DNA of 64,000 nt, taken from positions 4,464,001 through 4,528,000 of the forward strand of contig NC_042997.1 in the NCBI RefSeq assembly GCF_006345805.1, read 5' to 3'. The DNA comes from Octopus sinensis. Taxonomy: Eukaryota. Within the stretch, counting starts at the first letter, position 1. Each line of letters opens with the position of its first letter. Shown in pieces: positions 1 to 11,467 of the stretch. A program made the translations under genes and the position numbers. Under the pieces are notes generated by a model. The model searched no databases. It was not told where the DNA came from and saw nothing but the letters and a program-made list of their open reading frames with translations.

Positions 1-3000
1 CAAGGAAAATTCAGAGCTCCGAAATCTATACACAAACATCGAAAACAAGGACATCCTATGGAGCCAAAGTTTTACTAACAAAGAATTGGACTGTACCCGA
101 GTAAGTAATACTAATTGAAATTTATTACCATTTTCGAAACGAAATGATGTATTTTGACTCGATATCATCTCCGCCTCTAACGCAACACATGTAAACATGC
201 GTAGAACATCACGATCATCTCCGATCCCAAACACCATGTACAAAGGAACTACGAAGAAATTAAATGCCACCGATACTATTCAACCCAAGAATAACAATCG
301 AGCGGTACGTACATTAAACTTACAACAAAAAATGTACGAAAAACTACACGTGCGAAATAATGTGACAACAGAAATAAACGGACCGGTACCCTACGAAAAT
401 GACGACCGTCAAAATAATGGGCCGGACGTTGTACCTCATGTCCCGCAAATAAAACCCAAAAGATGTAAATGGACACGTGAGGAATGCATTTCTATCTTAC
501 ACGCATACTTCACAGCAGTACTCTACCCAAAACCTGAAAATACAACAACACATACATATGAAATATGGAAGGAAAATAATAGAGATATAGACTTGGATAC
601 AGCAATGAACCCTAATAAATTAGCTAACGTACGAAGATACATTCTCAACACAAAAAAAATATCAGAAATAGAAATAGAACACCTAAAAGAAAACATACAC
701 CAGGAAAATGTAGATAGAAGCCACACAACAATGCCCAATAATATAAACACTGAAACTGTAAAACACGAAGACAAACGCAACATTCCCAACAAACACGATG
801 TAAACAACGAAGGGGAGCCTAATGATTATGATAATATAAAAAATAAAATAATCAAAGAACTGAAAACCACAGAGCTCAAAATGGACCACCGACCATACCT
901 CCCAAGAATCAAAATTATCAAAATAACAACACCTATTATAAACAGCATAAACCTAGCCGTCACTGTACTGATAGCCACTGAATAAAAAAAAAAGTGATAT
1001 CACTGCGCTAAATAACCTAATATACGCAGCAGCCACTGCAGCCACAAAAGAAGCTGGATACTCACCCAAACCCGCCCAAAAAGGAGTACCACCACCCAAA
1101 CAAACCCTGTGGATAAATAACATCCAAGGCAAAATAAAAAAAAAAATTAGAAAAGACCTGTCGATTCTTAATGAAATCAGCAAACAATCAACGCTACTGA
1201 GCAACAAAAAGAGAACAAAAATACTCCGCAAATATAACATCACTGAGAAAGATTTGCCTGAAATGAAAGAAAAGCTGAAGCAAGATATCCTTGCCAAAGC
1301 ACAAAGGATCCGACGGTACAAGAAACGCCAACGCTTCTTTGAAGAAAACAAAAAGTTCAACTCCAACCCCCAAAAGTTCTACCAAGAACTGGGAAAAATA
1401 AAATAGAAGTCACTGCAGCACCAACGGCAGAAGAATTGGAAGAATTCTGGGGAGAAATATGGTCGGCGAACGAACCACCAAAAAAAGGAGTATCAGAATA
1501 ACAAACTCGGCATCTGAACAACTTTGGACCCCCATAACAACTGAAGAGGTCACCCAGGCACTGCAAAGACTAAGCAACTGGAAGGCACCTGGGCATGACA
1601 AGATCCCCAACTTCTGGTTGAAATATCTAACAGGAATGCACAAAAAGCTGGCTGAAAACTTTAACAACGTACTAGCAGAGCCAGAGACGATGCCTGAATG
1701 GCTCACGAAGGGGAAAACCATCTTAATTCCCAAATCAAATGAAACAGAAAAAACAGAAAACTACGGACCAATAACCTGCCTCCCTACTATGTTCAAGGCA
1801 TTTACTGCAGTGATATCACAAATGCTGAACAAGCACCTGGACGAAAACAAACTGTTCCCAGAAGAGCAGAAAGGATGCCGCAAAGGCTCATATGGCTGTA
1901 AAGATCAACTAATGATTAATAAAGCCATAACTGAAGACAGCCACAGAAAGAAGAAAGGCCTCAGTATGGCCTGGATTGACTACAAAATGGCGTTTAATAG
2001 CATCCCCCACACATGTATCCTCGAAACACTAGCCATTAACAAAGTAGCACCAACAATCATAAAATTCATAGAGCACTCTATGAATAAATGGCAAACAGTC
2101 CTACACCTCCAAACAAAAGAGGGACTCATGAAAACCAAAGACATCCCCATTAAAAGAGGAATATTCCAGGGAGACACGCTCTCTCCACTCTTTTCTGCTT
2201 GGCACTGTCACCTCTATCTGGTATGCTAAATAGAACTGGATGCGGATATAAATGTTACGGCAAAACGATCAGCCACCTTTTATATATGGATGACCTAAAA
2301 CTATACGCTGCAAATGATAAACAGCTGCAAACATTATTAAAGACAGTTCATGGATTTACCAAAGAAATAGATATGAAATTTGGATTAGAAAAATGCGCCA
2401 AGTAACCATGAAAAGAGGAAAACTAGTTAAGAGTAACAACATCACACTAGATAAAACCAATGAAATAAAAGAATTAGACCAAAGCCAACTTACAAATACT
2501 TAGGAATCCATGAACTAGATAAGACACAACACACACAAATGAAAGAGAAAATAAAAAAATAATATTATAGACGAGTTAGATCAATACTAAACACAGAGCT
2601 CAATGCTAAAAACAAGATAAATGGTATCAATACTTTAGCTGTCACAGTTATAAGTTACAGCTACAATATCCTTAACTGGACACGAAATGAACTGACCAAA
2701 ATCGATAGGAAAACAAGAAAAATAATGACAGGATCTAGGATTCATCACCCAAAATCTGACATAGAAAGACTATATATACAACGTATAGAAGGTGTTAGAG
2801 GCCTTATACAGCTGGAAAACTACTATAAAATAACCACCATAGGACTGCAAAATATATACTTCAGAAGGAAGGAAAACTGATCCAGATAGCTGCAAAACAC
2901 GAGCAAAACAAAAAACTGTTCTCAGTATTTAAGGAAGCTGACAAATACAAACAAGAAATCATACCACCTAATAAACATGAAGAAGAAGAAAATGAAGAAA

Positions 3001-3918
3001 CAACAAAAGCTATAAAACAAATGAAATCCAAACTAAAAATAGAACAGCAACGAACCATGATAAAACGATGGCAAGAAAAGCCCCTTCATGGTAAATACTG
3101 GACTAAACTAAACGCAAAAGAAATAGACAAAGAAAATCCCAGCAATGGTTGAGAAGCCCAGGACTCAAAGCAGAAACAGAGGGATTTTAAATTGCAGCAC
3201 AAGACTAAAGCCTCCCCACCAGAAATTACCAAAAACATGTAATGAAAAGAAATATTACAAGTAAATTCAGAATATGTGGAGATGGACAAGAAACAATAAA
3301 TCATATTATCTCTAGCTGCCCAGTCTTGGCTAAGAAGGAATATATTCACAGACATGACAGAGTTGGAACCTACATACATTGGAAGCTATGCCAACATTAT
3401 GGAATAGCAACAGAAAAAAGATGGTATAGGCACACACCAGAAAAGGTCACAGAAAACGAGAATGCAATCATACTCTGGGATATGCCGATACACACAGATA
3501 GAGAAATTAAGGCCAACAGACCAGATATAGTTGTCAGAGATCATGAAGAAAAAAATGGATGTATCAATACCGGCAGATGACAACGTGTCTCTAAAAGAAA
3601 TGGAGAAACTCTCAGAATACAAAGACCTGGACGTAGAGGTAACTAGAATGTGGAATCTGAAAACAGAAACAATTCCTATCATAGTAGGTGCATTAGGCAT
3701 GATAAAAAAATATTCAGACAAATACATAACAAAAACACCAGGACTTACAAACACATATAACATACAGAAAATTGCACTACTAGGCACTGCACACATCCTA
3801 CACAGAACACTTTCCATACAATAACCATCAGAGCATCACAACAAATCACAGCATATACCCAAGGCACACAGAGCTGTGCTCGGTAGTGAAGTGAAAGCAC
3901 GCTATAAAAATAAAACTA

Positions 3919-3921
<3 letters not shown>
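1..3921 (+). mobile_element. R4/Dong-like non-LTR retrotransposon (RLE type), family A, near full length, disabled
   Basis: ORF fragments give RT motifs (KAPGHDKIPNFWLK, QKGCRKGSYGCKDQL, WIDYKMAF, RGIFQGDTLSP, LLYMDDLKLY), a CCHC knuckle (CRICGDGQETINHIISSC), RHD, and RLE motifs (RPDIVVRD, EKLSEYKDL). The 3' UTR ends ...AAAATAAAACTACTG followed by (AAT)n. The 5' end may lie outside the window. Confidence 0.9.
197..3824 (+). pseudogene. Fragmented RT-CCHC-RLE polyprotein ORF of the R4/Dong-like element
   Basis: ORF-track pieces 197-985, 1459-2229, 2199-2405, 3242-3580 and 3531-3824 are collinear parts of one protein broken by frameshifts and stops. Confidence 0.85.
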
Positions 3922-3964
<43 letters not shown>

Positions 3965-3982
3965 GCAACAATAATAATAATG
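3922..3982 (+). repeat. (AAT)n tail/target microsatellite
   Basis: Directly visible trinucleotide tract. Confidence 0.95.
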
Positions 3983-4218
3983 ATCATGCATTAGGCATGA
4001 TAAAATAATATTCAGACAAATACATAACAAAACATCAGGACTTACAAACACATGTAACATACAGAAAATTGCACTACTAGGCACTGCACACATCCTACGC
4101 AGAACACTTTCCATACAATAACAATCAGAGCATCACAACAAATCACACCACATACCTAAGGCACAGAGAGCTGCGCTCGGTAGTGAAGTGAAAGCACGCT
4201 GTAAAAATAAAACTACTG
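3983..4218 (+). mobile_element. 5'-truncated copy of R4/Dong family A (3' end only)
   Basis: Near-identical to ~3689-3921 (TGCATTAGGCATGATAAAA...AAAATAAAACTACTG) and flanked by (AAT)n on both sides. Confidence 0.9.
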
Positions 4219-4237
4219 AATAATAATAATAATAATT

Positions 4238-4289
<52 letters not shown>

Positions 4290-4482
4290 TAACAACAACA
4301 ACAACAACAATGGTAACAACAATAATAACAATAAAAATACTAATAACAATAATGATAATAATATTATTAATAATAGTAATAATAATAATAATAATACTAA
4401 TAACAATAATAATAACAATAATAATATCAATACTAATTATAATAATAATAATAATAACAATAATAATAACAATAATAATAAT

Positions 4483-4536
<54 letters not shown>

Positions 4537-4621
4537 TATAATTATAATAACAATAATAGTAATAATAATAATAATAGTAATAGTAATAGTAATAATAATA
4601 ATAACAATAATAATAATAATA
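4219..4621 (+). repeat. ~400-bp imperfect (AAT)n/(AAC)/(AGT) microsatellite
   Basis: Directly visible; source of the poly-I/poly-L ORF artefacts. Confidence 0.95.
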
Positions 4622-4775
4622 TCATCGAAAGATACCTTAGGAATGAGAACCCAGGTTCGAAATTTCCCCAAGACACCTATTAAAGTTCGGTAAAAATATC
4701 ATGTGAAACGTTGTGTTAGCAGCAACCAAGATGAGGACAAACATCCGTCATACGTAAATAATATATAACCGATAT
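4622..4775 (+). mobile_element. Probable Penelope-like terminal-repeat (pLTR) fragment
   Basis: TTGTGTTA...CAAGATGAGGACAAA...CGTCA...GTAAATAAT matches 10828-10888, which lies directly downstream of a GIY-YIG fragment. Confidence 0.45.
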
Positions 4776-5597
4776 AATTCCTCGTCTCTTAAATATAGAA
4801 CTGTATGCATGTGGATATATACGGGTATAATCATGCACATACACACATATAGGTTTGTAAATAAATATATGGATACATAAATATATGGACATAAATATAT
4901 AAAGTCATGTACGGTGTATATGATTTCGGAACTTCTGTCAAACATGCTATTCTACCGTCATCATTATAATCGAGCTTGCATGTTATATTCATTATTTTAC
5001 GTAGAGATTTTACAGCATGTGTGTAATTTAAATTAAGAACGTTACATTGATTCTTCCTTATTTGAATATCTTCCAGGCATCATTAACCCAATGAAATGCT
5101 GAAGATAATAAAGCGTGTTATTTGCGAGCCCTGCAGTGGCTTGAAAAACTGATGGGAATACATGAGTTAATTTATTAAGTCTTAGATTCTAAATAGAAAT
5201 TTTAAAATCGTTAAATCGTGGTACAAGTCATGACTGAGGTTACCCGTCTTGAATATGTATGCTTAAATTTGATTTGTGTTTTAATTATTAGTGATTCGTC
5301 CTAATAATTCGCATGTTGCTAACATTACATAGAAGGAACAGGAATACTTATCGTCGTTTTGCTCTAACCATATTCAATGAACAGTGACATAAATTGTGAT
5401 ACTATTTTATTAGAATGCAATAGATCCCAGTGTACTGTATAAATAGACATATACAGTGTACTGTATAAGTAGACATAGGAAGTTCGTGAAAATTTTATTT
5501 TAGTGATGTATGTTTTTTTAAAAAAACTTTCTGGTTCCTAGTTTCAGATTCATTAAGTTATTAATTCAAGAGTTTTCAGTTGTTGTTTTTTTATATA

Positions 5598-5665
5598 TCC
5601 TTTTACTTTTCTTTTACTCTTTTACTTTTAGTCATTTGAGTGCGCTAATGCTAAAGCAGACCGAA
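5598..5665 (-). mobile_element. Degenerate SINE 3' tail
   Basis: Minus strand ...GCATTAGCGCACTCAAATGACTAAAAGTAAAAGAGTAAAAG resembles the tail at 7110-7157. Confidence 0.35.
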
Positions 5666-6746
5666 TTCGAAGATCTTTTTTTCATTATTTGATCGGATTG
5701 TATTGCTAATGGTAACGTTATGTAACAATTCGTATTATTATAGTTTTCTGTTATTCTCTGACTCCATTTAGTAATGTATTCATAAAAACCTTATTAACAA
5801 TTTTTTGATTGACATGAAATTTCGTAGTTGAAATCTTTGTTTAAGGATGAAAATATACGAACATACATATAAATATTTACGGATGGAAATCACTGTATCC
5901 GTTTGTAGATAATCTTCAGTCTACATTGCAACTCTATAAGGCAACTGATACCTTTTTTTGCATTTTCACATTAAATATATTCTCGAATTATATACTTTTC
6001 AAGATAATCCTAAGTCTCAGCCTGTTTCTGTCACAATAAATATGTTATTAACATACATATTTCATATAATAGGGTTAATTTAGAAACGAATTAACCCTAT
6101 TAAAGGAATGCAGAAATTGTGGGCCATTTACGAGGATGCATACAGGAACTGACCTTCCGCTACATAAATTATTTCAGTGGGGTAAGTCGATATTAAATGT
6201 TAGGGGTATTGTTTGTTAAACACATGCTTTCTCGTTAATATTTATATACATATTCCATTATTGCAGCGTTCATAAAGCAAGCAATCTTCGAACGCCATTT
6301 AGTATTTATACTTGCGAATTTTAATCGTAAATTTTCTAGAAATTCATAAAATTTTCTTATCTATAGTTTTAAAAATATTTCCTAATGAATAAACATACGA
6401 GATATATAATTCGACAGATTGATTTATGACACTGTATCCAGGATAAAGTTGTATTGTGTGTACTTGGGTGTGGGTGTGTAGTTGGGTGTGGGTGTGTACT
6501 TGGGTGTGGGTGTGTAATTGTGTGTGTGTGTGTGTGTAGAAGTGTTTAGACAGTTCAAACAGTAAGATACACAAAGTAAGCCAAACTGCCTGCTGGATTT
6601 TGGATTGTTATCTGAAAATAGTTTCTGACAAACAAAATGAATTAATAAGTAATATTATGAATTCATTTCTTCTGTGACAAAGTTTAAAATTTACAAAACT
6701 GACCCAAGCCATTATTTCAATTACGATTTTGTGCAATTCGTTTTCA

Positions 6747-7157
6747 TAGGTGCTGGAGTGGATGTGAGGTAAATGGCTTGCTTACCAAACACATCGTTTC
6801 GGGTTCGGTCCCACTGCGTGGCACCTTGGGCAAGTATCTTCTACTATAGCCCAGGGCCGACCAAAGCCTTGTGAGTGGACTTGGTAGACGGAAACTGAAA
6901 AGAAACCCGTCGTGTGTATGCATATATATATATATGTTTGTGTGTGTTTTTGTGTCTGTGTTTGTCCTCCCAACATCGCTTGACAACCGATGCTGGTGTG
7001 TTTACATCCCCGTAACTTATCGTTTCGGAAAAAGAGACCGATAGAATAAGTACTAGGCTTACAAAGATTAAGTCCTTGGACCGATTTCCTCGAATAAAGG
7101 CGGTGTTCCAGCATGGCCACAGTCAGATGACTGAAACAAGAAAAAGAGTAAAAGAGA
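6747..7157 (+). mobile_element. tRNA-derived SINE (family S1) with internal microsatellite and CR1-like 3' tail
   Basis: tRNA-like head with B-box-like GGTTCGGTCCC, CCTTGGGCAAGT core-like motif, internal (TA)/(TG) tract, and tail CCAGCATGGCCACAGTC...GACTGAAACAAG-(AAAAGAGT). Confidence 0.8.
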
Positions 7158-8039
7158 ATTGTTTTCAGTTAGAATGTGTTCAGTACAATTTTTTAAAATA
7201 ATTTAGGTCATCATTATGCATTAGAGAGATATATTTTTAAAATATTTCCTGTCAATACACGCCGACTTCATTTTATTTTTACATTACGCATATACGTAAT
7301 CACTTTGGTTTTAAAATATTGCTACTTCTAGTAAGTACGATAATTTTCAGTTGTTTAAATTCTTTCAAAATATTCTTACTACTTCCCACGATATGTTGAT
7401 AAGTAAGATTATGAATATTTAGTGGGTATAGTATTGTGCATCATGTTTATTTATATGATGTAACTAAATGTGAAGTTGTTTTTTAATGAATTACATCTGG
7501 TAGATTCTGGTTTAAGCATTCATTATTTTCTTATCGTATGATAATTTGAAATTTTCTTTTTCCCTATTGTCTGTCCGTGATAGTGATACAAATCTTTGAA
7601 GAGGATCACTTTTTGTTCACAAGTTTATTATGTTATATAATAATCATGTTGTACCTGGAAGTTCGCTATGTATGAAGCAAATCGCATGAACAATTACTAA
7701 CTCCTTCCCACCCCTTTCTTCATATTGAAACACGGATCACCATCCTTAATTCAATTTCAATATGTAAACGGATATTTCCAACTGAGCTGGCGATAAGCCC
7801 GGTAAAGAAGGATGGACTAAAAGAAGGTCAAAGAATGGAAATATATAATTCACACATTTATAATGTATAGATCAAGTGAATGTTGGTGACAAAATCTAAA
7901 AGATAAACACGCACACACTCATACACAAACACACACACACACACTTATAATATAGGGCGCACACATCGCAGAAAATGCAACCTTATCCGGCATAGTGTGT
8001 CATAAATCAATGTGTTAAATTATACATCTGTTAGGTTCA

Positions 8040-8834
8040 TTCATTAGAATATATTTTCGAAATATATAAATAACAGGAATACTTAGTAAGTTTCTAGAAA
8101 ATCTACGACATAAATTTTGCAATTATCAACAATTCCTAACTAGAATAGGAATCGGCGACTAACAAAATGCAGTTCGAATATGAGAAAACTAGCTCATTTG
8201 ATAAAGGACAAAGAGAGCGTGTTTCACTGCAGAAAATGTGAAGATGTTTTCCGCAAAACAACACAGTACTGTTTCTGTACAGCAGATGGTATAGAGATTA
8301 AGAAAAGAAATGAAATAAAACTGCATTATGGTAATCGTTTATTAGTGATTCTTTGGAAACAGTGTGCCCTATCAATTCTAAATCTGTTTCAGTGCTTCTG
8401 TCTTGGAATAACGTTAGAGAATGGTTATCACTATCCAGAATTTTTAGACTAACGAAGACGATAATAACACATAATTTTAAACGTCATGACGAGGATTTTT
8501 TTTTTATCAAATACACTTCCTTCGCGTATCACATGTTTCTTTTCTATGTCGTCTGTAAAAAATCTAAAACAAACAATGCAACCACCTACATTTAAAAAAA
8601 AAATTATGTTTATATTAAGTGAAAGTTTTCTGAGAATAAAAGAGAAATAGAACCTAGAAAGTCTTTGAAACAAAGCAAATATTTTATTATAGGGGAAAGC
8701 GCAATCGCCCAATAGATTCCATGTTATTGTTTGAAATAATAGGAAATATTGCAATAGTATTGGTAGTAGAATATATCGGTCACTCTTATTTCAAATGTTG
8801 ATTGATTTTTATCTACACTTAATACACATACATA

Positions 8835-8874
<40 letters not shown>

Positions 8875-9092
8875 TTAGAATAACTTCATTAGAATATATT
8901 TTCGAAATATATAAATAACAGGAATATTTAGTAAGTTTCTAGAAAATCTACGAGATAAATTTCGCAATTATAAACAATTCCTAACTAGAATAGGAATCGG
9001 CGACTAACAAAATGCAGTTCGAATCTGAGAAAACTAGCTCATTTGATAAAGGACAAAAAGAGAGTGTTTCACTGCAGAAAATGTGAAGATGT
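8040..9092. repeat. 208-bp direct repeat pair (8040-8247 and 8885-9092), ~97% identical
   Basis: Manual alignment shows 7 mismatches; offset 845 bp. Confidence 0.92.
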
Positions 9093-9109
9093 CAATTACA
9101 AATTAATGG

Positions 9110-9195
<86 letters not shown>

Positions 9196-9268
9196 CATGC
9201 ATACAAACACACACATATATACATATATATACTATATATACGTATATATCTATATCTCTCTCTATATA

Positions 9269-9352
<84 letters not shown>

Positions 9353-9353
<1 letters not shown>

Positions 9354-9519
9354 TTATTATCATCTTTGTCGTTTAACGTCCGCTTTACATGCTGTCATGG
9401 GTTGTAGGATGTCACTGAGGGTTGGCAAGCCAGAAGACCGCACCAGTCTCCAATGTCGTCTGGCAAAGTTTCTACAGCTGGATGTCCTTCCTAACGCCAC
9501 ATACTCCGAGATTGTAGTG
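9353..9519 (-). mobile_element. 3' fragment of Ceph-domain/RTE-tailed element
   Basis: Reverse complement resembles 19290-19456 (CTCGGAG..TGGCGTTAGGAAGG.CATCCAGCTGTAGAAAC...GGACGTTAAAC-GAT tail). Confidence 0.8.
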
Positions 9520-9745
9520 TTTTTTTTTTGTTTCTTATGTTCCACCGTTGCACTACTAATCTAATCTTAATTATTATATCATAGATACTGACTACCTCGA
9601 CTATCTTATCAACTCATTTCTCCTCAAGAAATATATCCACGCCCCCGAGTCTGTCAGTGTTCCCTGCCCATTAAATCTTATACCTGTGTTCTTTTCCCGT
9701 GAGGAAGATTGTAGAACTTCCTCTCCACCATATATATAAGATATA

Positions 9746-10290
9746 CATGGTTATTCAAAAAGAATGAACCGATTTCAATATTTTAATAATAATAGGCAAT
9801 AGAAAACGCTAGCTAAGTCACAAGTATTTATTGACAATCAACTTTTTATTTCCTGTTTAAATCAAGTTTTCAATGTGGCCACCACTTGAAACACGGGTAA
9901 CATCAGGGCAATAAGAGAATTCCTACCAGACACGTATCAGCAAATCAAAAGCAAGTTCATTATAGAACTATAGAATAAATTTGCTTTGCATGAGGCGATT
10001 CCAGAAGATATTCACATAGAAGGGAAATGGAAAATCTTCGATAAAGCATATAACCAGATAGCGAAAGAAGTTCTTAGAGGGTTGTGATATGCTGATACAC
10101 ATCTGGGAGGAATTCTGTTACTGCATTGATGTTGCCCGTGCTGTAGGTGGTGGCCACATTCAACGCTTGTAAGAGAGGAAATGAAAGGTGACTGTGAGTA
10201 AATACGTGTGACTTAGCTAGAGTATTCTATGGCTTTTCTTTATTAAAACATTGCGTAATGAAATCGCTTCATTCGCTTTGAATAACCATG
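9746..10290. mobile_element. Non-autonomous Tc1/mariner-derived fold-back element with ~210-bp imperfect inverted arms
   Basis: Termini CATGGTTATTCAAA..GAATGAA.CGATTTCA are inverted and flanked by TA/TG(TA). The right arm encodes IWEEFCYCIDVARAVGGGHIQRL*, resembling a Tc1/mariner-superfamily transposase C-terminus. Confidence 0.75.
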
Positions 10291-10454
10291 TGTATATATA
10301 TAAATATGTATATATATATTATATATATATATATTATATATATATATATATAATATTATATATATATATACGTGTGTGCGTGTGTGTGTGCGTGTGTGTG
10401 TGTGTGTGTGTGCATTTGTGTGTGTGTGCATATATATATATAATTTAATAAGCA

Positions 10455-10888
10455 TTCTGTGAAATTGCCATATAGCTGCTGCCCCAGGGAAGAGTATCGT
10501 AACGCGTGGTCAATACCAAGCACTTCCATCCATGTATCGCGGCCAAGACTCTTGTCCACTTGTCGAACTAAATCAATCATATGACTAAATCAATCATATA
10601 TGAGGCAGAAGATGCTGTAACCCTTAATGATAATGCGACTGATAATAAGACCTACATTGGATTATGTGAAAGTGAATTTAAAAATCGGTCTGCCAGTCAC
10701 ATATACTCCTTCCTCCATAGAGATAAAAGCAAAGCAACTAACACAAATTTATGTTTAAGAGATGAGGAATCATGTACATTATTTGATGGATATTTGATGA
10801 AGGCTGAAGGGTATATCACATAAAATATTGTGTTAAAAACAAACAAGATGAGGACAAATTTTCGTCAAATGTAAATAATGTAGATAAA
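10455..10888 (+). mobile_element. Penelope-like element fragment: GIY-YIG endonuclease region plus pLTR
   Basis: RGQDSCPL upstream of TKSIIYEA...KTYIGLCESEFKNRSASHIYSF (PLE GIY-YIG pattern), followed by a decayed hammerhead-like TTGATGAAGGCTG. Confidence 0.7.
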
Positions 10889-11309
10889 GCTTCTAAGTTG
10901 GCTAGCTTCCTATAGACTTTGAAAGATAATGAAACACCGCATGCGATTTTGCGGAGATCATGTTAAGACCTAAGATCCCTATCTCTCTATTGAAATCCAG
11001 GTCAGAAAGTTTCTGTGGTTGCATGCATACATATATATTGTGACGAATTGGAAAATTCGCTTATTCCTGACGGACTTACAATTTGTCGCTTTGATTGTAT
11101 ACTAAATTAGTATATCTAATTTGCATTAGTGATCCAGCGGTGCCAATGTAAAGAGTCTAATTAATAAGACTACTATGCAACGGTTTCAGAAATGTAAGAT
11201 AACATTGTGAAAATTTTCTTCTTTGATAAATATGTGTTTGAGTTGTCTCAACATATGAAAATAGTACTTGCGCTATAATACAAGTATTGTAACCATATGT
11301 AAAGGTCCT

Positions 11310-11395
<86 letters not shown>

Positions 11396-11467
11396 ATGTA
11401 TATATATATTTATACATATATACATACCACGTACACACACACACACACAGACACACACATATATATA

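Noticed and set aside
4143-4693. Poly-Ile/Leu/Tyr and YI/CV/HT-repeat ORFs here and throughout the track
   Set aside because: They are translations of (AAT)n, (TA)n, (TG)n, (GAA)n and (TAG)n microsatellites.
6747-6830. tRNA gene
   Set aside because: Only a degenerate tRNA-like SINE head, with no cloverleaf, continuing into SINE body.
8040-9092. LTR retrotransposon or TRIM
   Set aside because: No TG...CA termini, primer-binding site, polypurine tract or TSD was seen.
10356-10580. Minus-strand ORF MIDLVRQVDKSLGRD... as a host exon
   Set aside because: It is the antisense of the Penelope GIY-YIG linker plus microsatellite.
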